Shown here: positions 27,721-36,839 of the stretch, piece after piece
Position numbering within the stretch: the first letter of the stretch is position 1
Layout of the letters: every line of letters starts with the position of its first letter
DNA from: Asticcacaulis sp.
GTDB lineage: Bacteria > Pseudomonadota > Alphaproteobacteria > Caulobacterales > Caulobacteraceae
Length of the DNA stretch: 64,000 nucleotides
Direction of reading: 5' to 3'
NCBI GenBank assembly: GCA_965246725.1
Contig: CBDFFG010000006.1
Coordinates: 232,800-296,799 of the forward strand
Made by a program: the position numbers and the translations under genes
Notes under the pieces: generated by a model
Told to the model about the DNA's origin: nothing
The model's database searches: none
What the model saw: only the letters and a program-made list of their open reading frames with translations

Positions 27721-29960
27721 TTCGCTTGCGACAGACGGGGAGCGACCGTGTCCTGGCTGTTCCAGGTGCTGAGCCAGGTGTCGATGTCGATGGCCCTCAT
27801 GGGGCGGCTGATATGGAAGCCCTGGACTTCGTCGCAGTTCTTGCGGCGGAGCAGGTCCATCTGGCGCTCGGTCTCGACACCCTCGGCGATAACGGGGACG
27901 TCGATGGCGTGGGCGAGGCCGATGACGGCGCGGACGATAGCGCGGGCCTGGGCGCCGGCTTCGAGCCCGGAGACAAAGCTGCGGTCGATCTTGATACGAT
28001 CGAAGGTAAAGGTCTGCAGGTAGCTGAGCGAGGAGTAGCCGGTGCCGAAGTCGTCCATGGCGATGCGTACCCCAAGGCCCTTGAGGCGGCGCAGGACGTG
28101 AAGCGCCCGCGTGGTGTTTTCGATCAGCACGCTTTCGGTGACCTCGAGTTCGAGGCGGTGCGGGGACAGGCCCGAGCGGACCAGCAGGCCGTGGACGAAT
28201 TCGACAAGGTCGTCGTCGAACAGTTGCAGGGATGACAGGTTGACAGAGACCGAGATGGTTACAGCCCACTGTGCGGCGGCGTGGCAGGCGGATTCGAGGA
28301 TGGTGCGGCCGAGGGCGCCGATCTGATTGCTGTCCTCGGCGATCGCAATGAATTCGGACGGGCTGATATCGCCCAGGTGCGGATGGGACCAGCGCGCCAG
28401 GGCTTCGAAGCCGACGACGGCATTGTCGTCGAGGCGGACCTGGGGCTGATAGGCAACCCACAGGCTATCGCTGTTGCCATTGAGGGCCTCGCGGAGGTCG
28501 GCTTCGAGGGTGCGGCGATGATGCACGGCGTCCGCCATGGAGCGGTCGAAGGCACGCCAGACTCCCCTGCCGTCGGACTTGGCCTTGTAAAGCGCCATGT
28601 CGGCATGGCGGACGATGTCTTCGAGGTCCGAGGCGTCCTGCGGATAGATGGCGAAGCCGAGGCTGGCGCCGGCTGTGACGCCGGTGCCGGCCAGGCGGCG
28701 GGTAATGGCGCCGTCGAGGGTATCGATAATGTTGCGGGCGCAGTCTTCGGCCTCGACCTGACTACGGACATTGCTCTGGACGAGGACGAATTCGTCGCCG
28801 CCGAGACGGGCGACGAGGTCGTTGCCCTGGGCCAGGGCGCGCAGGTTCTGGGCGACCAGGCGCAGGACTTCGTCGCCGACGGGGTGGCCGAGACCGTCAT
28901 TGATGTCCTTGAAGCGATCGAGGTCGATGACGTGCAGGGCGACGGACGTATTGCGGGTTTCGGCGGCCTGGGCCTCTTCGGCGAGGCGGCCCTGGAAGAC
29001 GGCGCGGTTGGCGATGCCGGTCAGGGCGTCGGTGTGGGCGAGGTACTGGATGCGGTCTTCGAAATCGCGCTTTTCCAGGGCCAGCCGGCATAGCCGTGTG
29101 CAGATGTCGACCATGTGGCTCATGAACGGGCTCTGCGGCAGGGGCATCTTCGAATAGAAGGCGAAGGTGCCGTAGACGCGGCGGTCCTTGCCGCGGATCG
29201 GCGTCGACCAGCAGGCGTTGAAGCGGAGCGGGGCGACGAGGTGCTTGAAATCGGCCCAGAGGGGATCGCGGGCGATGTCGGCGACATAGACGGGTTCGCC
29301 GCGGAAGGCAGCCGTGCCGCACGAGCCGACGACAGGACCGATCGGGGCGCCGTCGATGGCCTGGCAGTAGTGATCGGGCAGGCTGGGCGCTGCGGTGTGA
29401 CGCAGGCGGCCCTCGTCGTCGACGCGCAGGATCGACATGCTGACGCCGCGGATGATCTTTTCGACCTCGCTGCACAGGAGGCCGAGGACCTGGTCTACCG
29501 GGCGGTCCTGGATCAGGGCTTCGAGGATCTTGTGATGCAGGCCTTCGTGCAGCTTGGCGTAGCTCACGTCGTTGAGGGTCGCGACCAGGCGCAGGTCGCC
29601 GCTGGAGCCACCGAACAGCTTGGTTATGCTGAGCGAGACCCAGACCGGGTGGTTGGCGGTATCGCAGAAGAGGAATTCGTCACGCTCGATATTGGCGCGG
29701 TAGAGGCGGTCGATGGCTGCGGCGATTTCGGGACAGAAGTCGTAGAGGCGGCTGCCGGCGGTCAGGCTGTTCGGATTTTGCCCGACAAGGCGGTGGAAGT
29801 TATCGTTGGCGAATTGCAGCACGCCGTAGGTGTCGACGATGAGGATCGGCGCGGCGGCCTCTTCGGCGGCGCGGGCGCGCAGCCACAGGCTGTCTGGCTC
29901 TGGTGGCCGGGGTTGCTGCGGGGCCGTCCAGGGGAAGCTGAGGGGTTTTGACTTGCGCAT
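27717..29960 (-). CDS. PAS-GAF-GGDEF-EAL diguanylate cyclase/phosphodiesterase
   Basis: GAF (GSCGTAAFRG), RLGGDEF, FEALARW, DDFGTGYSSL and AEGVE motifs all intact. Confidence 0.95.
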   Translation of the reverse strand: MRKSKPLSFPWTAPQQPRPPEPDSLWLRARAAEEAAAPILIVDTYGVLQFANDNFHRLVGQNPNSLTAGSRLYDFCPEIAAAIDRLYRANIERDEFLFCDTANHPVWVSLSITKLFGGSSGDLRLVATLNDVSYAKLHEGLHHKILEALIQDRPVDQVLGLLCSEVEKIIRGVSMSILRVDDEGRLRHTAAPSLPDHYCQAIDGAPIGPVVGSCGTAAFRGEPVYVADIARDPLWADFKHLVAPLRFNACWSTPIRGKDRRVYGTFAFYSKMPLPQSPFMSHMVDICTRLCRLALEKRDFEDRIQYLAHTDALTGIANRAVFQGRLAEEAQAAETRNTSVALHVIDLDRFKDINDGLGHPVGDEVLRLVAQNLRALAQGNDLVARLGGDEFVLVQSNVRSQVEAEDCARNIIDTLDGAITRRLAGTGVTAGASLGFAIYPQDASDLEDIVRHADMALYKAKSDGRGVWRAFDRSMADAVHHRRTLEADLREALNGNSDSLWVAYQPQVRLDDNAVVGFEALARWSHPHLGDISPSEFIAIAEDSNQIGALGRTILESACHAAAQWAVTISVSVNLSSLQLFDDDLVEFVHGLLVRSGLSPHRLELEVTESVLIENTTRALHVLRRLKGLGVRIAMDDFGTGYSSLSYLQTFTFDRIKIDRSFVSGLEAGAQARAIVRAVIGLAHAIDVPVIAEGVETERQMDLLRRKNCDEVQGFHISRPMRAIDIDTWLSTWNSQDTVAPRLSQAN

Positions 29961-30069
29961 ACTTTCGCCGCACGACTACTTTGACGGTGGAGTATACAAT
30001 CAATAGCTGAATGATTCCGTAATGGTGAGTGTTAATGGCGGTCGTGCTTGCCGCTTCCGGCGGGAAAAT

Positions 30070-30126
30070 CTACCCCCTCTCGAAAACAGCTTGTCGCTGT
30101 TTTCGAGCTCCCGCTTCAAAAGCTAG
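30070..30126 (+). repeat. Family B-related palindromic repeat (degenerate)
   Basis: CTACCCCCTCTCG-hairpin-CGAGCTCCC; similar to 50514. Confidence 0.6.
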
Positions 30127-30196
30127 GTGATTCACACATCTCAAATGGGGCTGAGAATTCGAAAAATCCACCCCTGAATTCATTGGCTTTTTGGTG

Positions 30197-30226
30197 AAAA
30201 TATAATCCGTATACGGATTATATTTT
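30197..30226. promoter_or_regulatory. Perfect 30-bp AT-rich palindrome
   Basis: AAAATATAATCCGTATACGGATTATATTTT equals its own reverse complement. Confidence 0.7.
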
Positions 30227-30309
30227 TAACCGATAAGGCGTTGAATAAATTGCAGTTTTAGAGTTGTGTGCATCCCCTAGCCTTCAAAAGGGGGAGTTCT
30301 GATGGGGTG

Positions 30310-31440
30310 TTAACAGACCGAGTAGGCCTGGTTGATCTGCAGGTCGAGGATGCGGGTGGCGTCGCGCAGGGCGGTGGCGGCGTCGATGTGGAAGGCCTTG
30401 GCATAGTAGGCGCTGAGGGCTTTGCGGTTGGCGACGATGGCGGTCGCGTTTTTCCTGCGGAAGGCGGCTTCGTTGCTGTCAGGTTGCGAAGCCTCGTTCG
30501 TGCCCCACTGGTCGGGGCGGTGCAGGAGCATGGCGATGTCGAGACGGTAGAGTTCTCGATAGCCGGCAAAGCGGATGGTGCCGTCGCATTCGGGGGCGGC
30601 GACGACGGCGGCATGGACGAGGGCTTCGGCGCCGTCGAGTTTCGGCGCCATGATGGCGCAGTCGCTGTCGGGGAGTTGGTTGTCCATGGAACTGCCGTAC
30701 ATGGCGCCCATGCCGGCCAGCAGGCCGGGACGTTTGAGCAGGACGGCGCATGGCCAGGTAACGGTATGGCCGCCTTCGGTATTGGCGAGTGCGACGAAGG
30801 TGGCGAAAGCCTTGTCCGAGGCAACGGCCTGGGCCGGCGTGCCAGCGCCGTCGAGGCCGGTGATGCGTTCCTTCACATCGGCGGTAAAGGCGGCGAAGAC
30901 CGGGGTCAGGGTCTGGGCCACCTTCGTTGCGCGCGGCTGGGCGGCATCGATCGTGGCGTACTGATAGATGGCTTCGTAGGTGGCGTCGTCGTCCGGCGTT
31001 GCGCGTTTGATTTCAGCCATGGCCAGGTCGTGTTGTGACAGCAGGGCGGATATGGCCAGTTCGGCCAGGCGGTCATTGTAGCGTTCGGTTATGCAGGCGG
31101 CCTGGGTCTTGGCGCGTTTGGCCCAGGCACCGCTGGCGCACGCCGTGTTGAGGTCTTTCAGCCAGGCGCGCTGGCGGGTCTGTTGCTGCGACGGAGCGTA
31201 GCGGACGACGTCCTGGTGAACGGTGCCGTAGAGGAGGGTCATGCGCCGGTCGGCCGCTGAAAGGCCTGGGTCCTTGCAGATAACCGCTGGGATGTCCGTC
31301 GCGCCGGCGCAAGAGAAGCTGGGGCCGGACGTATCGGCATGGGCCCTCGAAGCGGGGGAACAGATCGAGACAAGGAGGCAGATTGGGGCAAGGCAGGCCA
31401 CCAGGGCGACAGGGAGGCGACGGAAGGCAGGTTCTAGCAT
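30310..31440 (-). CDS. LprI (lysozyme inhibitor)-like domain secreted protein
   Basis: GPSFSC...ICKDPGLSAAD...QRAWLK...C...CITERYNDRLAEL pattern after a signal peptide. Confidence 0.8.
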   Translation of the reverse strand: MLEPAFRRLPVALVACLAPICLLVSICSPASRAHADTSGPSFSCAGATDIPAVICKDPGLSAADRRMTLLYGTVHQDVVRYAPSQQQTRQRAWLKDLNTACASGAWAKRAKTQAACITERYNDRLAELAISALLSQHDLAMAEIKRATPDDDATYEAIYQYATIDAAQPRATKVAQTLTPVFAAFTADVKERITGLDGAGTPAQAVASDKAFATFVALANTEGGHTVTWPCAVLLKRPGLLAGMGAMYGSSMDNQLPDSDCAIMAPKLDGAEALVHAAVVAAPECDGTIRFAGYRELYRLDIAMLLHRPDQWGTNEASQPDSNEAAFRRKNATAIVANRKALSAYYAKAFHIDAATALRDATRILDLQINQAYSVC

Positions 31441-31632
31441 TTCGGGACTGTCTCGGTTGGGGATCGATATGGCAGCGAGTGTGATCTACCTAAAGTGCGA
31501 CACTTACCAGGTTTCAACGAAGACGCGATGTAATTGGATCACATACTGCAGTAATTCGCGTAACAGGTATATTTGTGATTGTCACGAAGTGCGCGGCTTA
31601 CGTAAATGGCAGTGGCTTCGGGAGAGTTCTGC

Positions 31633-34600
31633 ATGCAGGATATGGGCGCGGCATCGGATGGATTTGAGGCGGTTATACCCGGCGCGCGGCCGACGGCCGC
31701 GGCGTCGGCGACGGTCGTGAGCGACTATACCGTCATATTGTCCGGTTCTACCTGGTGGGGAAGTGCTGCCACCTCCGGGAAGGCCGTCTTCCTGACCTAT
31801 TCGTTCGAGACATCGGTTCCTGCGGATTACGACCCTTCGCAATCCAGCGCCTACTATGCGTCGTTCAAGACGTTCGACGCCACGGCTCAGGCGGCCGCCC
31901 GCGCGGCGCTCAATGCCTGGGCCTCGATCAGCGGCATTACCTTACTGGAAGTGCCGTCGGGTCAGGGCGATATCGCCTTCCTCAGCTTCGACCTGTCCCT
32001 GAATAACGACGCGTCGCTGGCGAGTGCGGCAGGGTTCGCCAACTATCCCGGGGCGACATGGTACACGACGGGCACCGGTACGCGGATCGAAGGTGTCCAG
32101 CAACGGTCGTTCGTCTCCATCGATGACCAGGCCGTGCCCAAGACGACGGGCGACCTGCATATCCTTCTGCACGAGATCGGTCATACCCTGGGTTTCAAGC
32201 ACCCATTCGAAGGCTCTCCCGTCCTGCCGACGTCGCTCGACAACTGGGATTCGACGGCTATGTCCTATACGCAGGGCAGCGCGGCCTACAACAATGCCCT
32301 TGGAACGCTCGATGTACAGGCGGTGAAGGTATTGTACGGCGACCAGAGCAAGGACGGCAGCCAGGTGGCGACGTGGTCGTGGGATGCCACCACCTATACG
32401 CTGAGCCAGAGTGGTTTCGATACCTCCGAAGTCATTCGCGGAACAGCCGCCAAGGACATCATTTACGGAAATGGCGGTGACGACTCGATTATCGGCGCTG
32501 GCGGGAACGACCTCCTGGACGGCGGCGCCGGCAATGACGCCTTCATGGGCGGCGCTGGCGATGACACCATCTCCGGCGGCACCGGCAATGACGTCGTCTT
32601 CGCCGGCGACGGTAACGATCAGGTGGACGGCGGCGACGGCGACGACTACCTGTCCGGTGGCAATGGCAACGACCTGCTGAGCGGCGGCGCCGGCAGCGAT
32701 ACGCTGTATTCGGGAAATGGCAACAGCACGCTGAACGGCGGTGACGGCAATGATGTCCTCAGCGCGGGCAACGGCTCGGCTACGCTGAACGGGGGTGCGG
32801 GCGCTGACTGGCTGGGTGGCGGCAGCGGGGTGTACAAGATGTATGGCGGCGCCGGTGGCGACGTCTATCTGGTGGGCAATGTCGCTGATATCGTCGACGA
32901 AACCGTAGGCCAGACAACCGATGACGGGGCTTTCGACTGGGTCGAGACGTCGGTCAGCTTTACCTTGCCGGCCTTTGTCGAGGGGCTGGAGATCATATCG
33001 TCCGCCGGTACGATCGACGTTACCGGCAATGGGCTGAACAATACGTTTTACGGTGATGCCAATGCCAATCGCATGTTTGGCCTTGGCGGCGCGGACTATA
33101 TGGACGGCGACGCGGGCAATGATACGCTCGACGGCGGAGCCGGCAACGACACGCTTTTTGGCAATGCCGGCGACGACCGGCTTGTCGGCGGGGCTGGGGC
33201 GGACGTCCTGCAGGGCGGGGCGGGTATAGATATTGCCGCCTACGACACGGCGACGAGCGGCGTGACGGCGTCCTTGCTGTCCCCGGCGCAGAATACCGGG
33301 GATGCGGCGGGGGACAGTTATAACCTGATCGAGGGATTGGCGGGATCAGCCTATGCCGACCGGCTTACAGGCGATGCCGGCGACAACAGCCTTTACGGCG
33401 CCGCCGGCAGCGATACCCTTTCAGGCGGCAGCGGCAACGATGCCCTTTACGGAGGCGCGGGCGCGGATTCGCTCGACGGCGGGGCAGGGACGGACATCGC
33501 GCGCTACGACGATGCAGCGGCGGGGGTGACAGCGAGCCTGGCCAGTCCGGGTGGGAACACGGGCGATGCCGCGGGTGACAGCTATACCGCCATAGAGGGG
33601 TTGGCCGGTTCGGCCTTTGCCGACGCCTTGACGGGGGACGGTGGTGCCAACAGTCTGTATGGCCTGGATGGAAACGATACGTTGACCGGAGGCGCCGGCA
33701 CCGATTTCCTCGATGGTGGCGCAGGTACGGATACGGCCGTGCTGGCTGGGACAATGGCGCAGTCGACTGTTTCGTTCGACGGTAACGGATACATCGGGCT
33801 GACGGCATCGGGACAGTCCGATACCCTGGCGAATATCGAATGGCTGCAATTCAGCGACCGTACCGCGGCGACGGCCGGTTTGGCGGCGATCGTCGAGGGC
33901 TATCTGTCCTTCTTTGCTCGCCTGCCCAATGCGTCCGAACTCGGGGTATGGTCGCAGGGATTTTCCGCAGGAACGACAGTTGCGGCTTTCAACAAGGTGC
34001 TGGCTAATGACGCTGCCGGAAAGGCGAATACGCCCGGGCTGGTGAGTTATCTGTACGACGGCTATCTCGGCCGGGCGCCATCACCCTCGGAGATATCCTA
34101 TTGGTCCGGAGCGCTGCAGTCCGGGGCTGTATCGCTGGCGTCCTTCAACACGGCCCTGGCAAATGACGGCTCGGGGCAGGCCAATAGCTACCTGTCGATT
34201 AAGGGTCTTTATGACGTCTATCTCGGACGTGATCCAGGGGCGGCGGAGGTCGCCTTCTGGGCGGGCGCGCTGAAGAGCGGCAGCTATGACCTGCATGGCT
34301 TCGAACTGGTGCTGGCGGTGCAGAGCGGAGCGGCCGGCAATACGGCCAGCTACGTGGCGCAAGCCTACCAGGCGTGGCTGGGCCGTTCGCCCACGGGAGC
34401 GGACAGCGCCTACTGGACGGGGCAGTTCACCGCTGGGACAATGACGCCAGTGCAATTGCGCCAGGCCCTGATCGCCGATGCTTCGGGCCAGGCCTATATT
34501 GCTTCGACCATCTCTGCCGCTTACCAGGCCGAATTCGGCCGGGATGCCACGGCGTCGGACGTCACGACGTGGAAGAGCTTGATCGCCGGCGGAGCGAGCT

Positions 34601-35358
34601 TTACCACGCTGACCTCCGCCCTGCTCGGCGACAACGCAGGAGCCATGGCCAAAACGATTACCTCTGCCTACGATTCCTATTTCGGCCGGGATCCGACAGC
34701 CTCGGAACTGGGGGTGTGGCGTAGCCAGTTCGCCAACGGCGCCACGGCTTCCGGCCTGCGGGCGGCCCTGGTCGGCGATGCGTCCGGGCAGGCGCATACG
34801 GCCAGCGAGGTGGCAAGCCTGTACCAGACCTACCTGGGTCGTGCGCCGTCGGCGTCGGACACCACCGTATGGAAAAACCAGGTTGCCGGCGGCAGCAGCT
34901 TCAGCCAGGTCCACGATGCCCTGGTCAGCGACACTGGCAGCATGGCCCATGCCGTCGCCGAAATCACGGTGATGTACCAGGCTATCGAAAGCCGTGCGCC
35001 ATCGGCGGCGGAGACGAGCTACTGGATTGGCGCCTTCAATGGCGGAACAAGCAATCTGGACAGCTTTATCGATACCCTGTTGCGTGATGGCGGCTCCACG
35101 ATCGCCACCACGACACTGGCCGCGGGGCACGCGGCGACGGTGTTTATCGACCTTCTCGATACGCTGGTGATCAACGGCTTCGGGGCCGGCGACCAGATCA
35201 ACTTCCATGGCGCGGCCTTCGATGGCTACAGTCCGCTCGATCACGCGGTCCAGGTCGGTAGCGACGTCCTGATCTATGGCCCTGACTCGACCCATGTCGT
35301 CCTGCTGGAAAACGAAGCCCTGTCGAGCCTGACGGCGGTGAACTTCCTGCATGTCTGA
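31633..35358 (+). CDS. Serralysin-like M10 zinc metalloprotease with RTX repeats and C-terminal DUF4214/RsaA-N-like repeat module (SapA-like architecture)
   Basis: HEIGHTLGFKHP zinc motif, TAMSY Met-turn, GGxGxD repeats, eight YxxYxGRxP..E..W repeats; start after GGAG (alternative 31606). Confidence 0.9.
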   Translation: MQDMGAASDGFEAVIPGARPTAAASATVVSDYTVILSGSTWWGSAATSGKAVFLTYSFETSVPADYDPSQSSAYYASFKTFDATAQAAARAALNAWASISGITLLEVPSGQGDIAFLSFDLSLNNDASLASAAGFANYPGATWYTTGTGTRIEGVQQRSFVSIDDQAVPKTTGDLHILLHEIGHTLGFKHPFEGSPVLPTSLDNWDSTAMSYTQGSAAYNNALGTLDVQAVKVLYGDQSKDGSQVATWSWDATTYTLSQSGFDTSEVIRGTAAKDIIYGNGGDDSIIGAGGNDLLDGGAGNDAFMGGAGDDTISGGTGNDVVFAGDGNDQVDGGDGDDYLSGGNGNDLLSGGAGSDTLYSGNGNSTLNGGDGNDVLSAGNGSATLNGGAGADWLGGGSGVYKMYGGAGGDVYLVGNVADIVDETVGQTTDDGAFDWVETSVSFTLPAFVEGLEIISSAGTIDVTGNGLNNTFYGDANANRMFGLGGADYMDGDAGNDTLDGGAGNDTLFGNAGDDRLVGGAGADVLQGGAGIDIAAYDTATSGVTASLLSPAQNTGDAAGDSYNLIEGLAGSAYADRLTGDAGDNSLYGAAGSDTLSGGSGNDALYGGAGADSLDGGAGTDIARYDDAAAGVTASLASPGGNTGDAAGDSYTAIEGLAGSAFADALTGDGGANSLYGLDGNDTLTGGAGTDFLDGGAGTDTAVLAGTMAQSTVSFDGNGYIGLTASGQSDTLANIEWLQFSDRTAATAGLAAIVEGYLSFFARLPNASELGVWSQGFSAGTTVAAFNKVLANDAAGKANTPGLVSYLYDGYLGRAPSPSEISYWSGALQSGAVSLASFNTALANDGSGQANSYLSIKGLYDVYLGRDPGAAEVAFWAGALKSGSYDLHGFELVLAVQSGAAGNTASYVAQAYQAWLGRSPTGADSAYWTGQFTAGTMTPVQLRQALIADASGQAYIASTISAAYQAEFGRDATASDVTTWKSLIAGGASFTTLTSALLGDNAGAMAKTITSAYDSYFGRDPTASELGVWRSQFANGATASGLRAALVGDASGQAHTASEVASLYQTYLGRAPSASDTTVWKNQVAGGSSFSQVHDALVSDTGSMAHAVAEITVMYQAIESRAPSAAETSYWIGAFNGGTSNLDSFIDTLLRDGGSTIATTTLAAGHAATVFIDLLDTLVINGFGAGDQINFHGAAFDGYSPLDHAVQVGSDVLIYGPDSTHVVLLENEALSSLTAVNFLHV

Positions 35359-35516
35359 TCAAACGCTTCATGGCTGCCGGCATAAGCTCGGGTGTGCAGT
35401 CGCACGCCCCGGCGGCCGGTGAGACAAAGGCAGCGGCTGTTGGTATAATTTTGCCCGGCGCGGCCAAATCAGGCTAAGAGCCGGAACAGATCAAGCCAGG
35501 AAGGAACCGGTGGACC

Positions 35517-35987
35517 GTGTCTGAGACCATGCAATTGCCGGCGGGACCGCCATTCGATACGGGAGATGCCGACGAGGACGGTCGCATAGATCGCATGGCC
35601 GTGCAGGCGCTGGCCTACATCGGCAGTTTCGGATGGAGCAAGCCGGTGGCGCGCTGTTCCCTGGCCTTTGGCATAGGCGATGTCATTGCCCTGTTCCTGA
35701 TAGATTTCACGGAACCGGTCGATGGCGAGGATGCGCGCCTGTGGGTTGTTACCGGAGATCTGCCTTCGGCCTATTTCGTGACCGATCAGGCGGCAGACGC
35801 GTTGTCGGGGCTGCAGGTCTATTGCGATCTGATGCAGGGCTGGGCAGAGGCTGTTCTCGAGGGTGGTGCGCTGAACGAGGTTTTTCCGGTCGATGCGGAT
35901 CCGACCGAAGCCAACGCCCTCATGCTGCAGACCCGACTGACGGCAATCCGTGAGCACATCCTGCCGACCTTGCTGCCGACCTTGTAA
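35517..35987 (+). CDS. DUF4826-like acidic protein
   Basis: LWVVTGDLPSAY motif; 156 aa; no signal peptide. Confidence 0.6.
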   Translation: MSETMQLPAGPPFDTGDADEDGRIDRMAVQALAYIGSFGWSKPVARCSLAFGIGDVIALFLIDFTEPVDGEDARLWVVTGDLPSAYFVTDQAADALSGLQVYCDLMQGWAEAVLEGGALNEVFPVDADPTEANALMLQTRLTAIREHILPTLLPTL

Positions 35988-36274
35988 GGGCATCGGCATA
36001 TGGGGGCGGCGCGACTGAACGATGCGCCGGTATATTTCAGGCTTGACGATATCGACGCGCGGAGGTACCGCATAAATACTGATGTTATTCAGTTAAGGTG
36101 TTGTTTTAAGGCGTTTTTCGGGGCCTGCGCCTTTTTCTTCCAGCGGATTTTATCTTGCGGGTAAGGGGGGCAGTTTTGCTGCGAACAGACTATCCGGCTA
36201 CGGGGCGAGGTCGTAGGGTTTTCATACGACGCGATGATTGACCATTTTCAGATGCGTGAGCGCACGGGGGGCAC

Positions 36275-36697
36275 ATGTCTATTTCCAAGAATGCCGTTAG
36301 TCTGACTGCAAATTCCGCCGGGATACCGGGGAATGCGGATTCCTTCCTGGCCTATGTCATGGGGGACTACAGCGCCAATCTGTGGGCTGCATCGGGCTTT
36401 TCCAGCGACGGCAAGAGCATTATCTTCGACAGTGACGCCAGCAATATCCTCGCTTCGGATACCAATGGTAAGGAGGATATCTTCATCAAGACCCTGGCCA
36501 CCGGGGCGGTTACCCTGGTGACGGTCACGGCCGGAGGCGTCCAGATCAATGGCGATGTGCTGATCTATGGGCCAGATGCCATCCACTTCGTTCTGCTGGA
36601 AAATACCCAGTTTTCGAACCTGACGGCGGCGAACTTTATGCACGTGTATGGCGGCTTTGCCCAGGTTCATCCTCATGCAAAGCATCGGCATGACTGA
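36275..36697 (+). pseudogene. Internally deleted array member: TolB/PD40 propeller blade fused to the shared C-terminal signal
   Basis: FSSDGKSIIFDSDASN...DTNGKEDIFIK runs directly into VQINGDVLIYGPDAIHFVLLEN...LTAANFMHV; the paralogous stop is TAT here (36647-36649). Confidence 0.8.
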
Positions 36698-36839
36698 AAC
36701 CTGGGCGCATCACTGCGGCCCAAAAAGCGTTCGATAGTGTGGCTGCGTCTTGAAACATTCCGAGAAGCGATGTTACCTGAAGCGCGCGTCCTGATATCGT
36801 GGCGCCTTCCTTGTTTTTCAGCCGATCCACGGATGCCGC

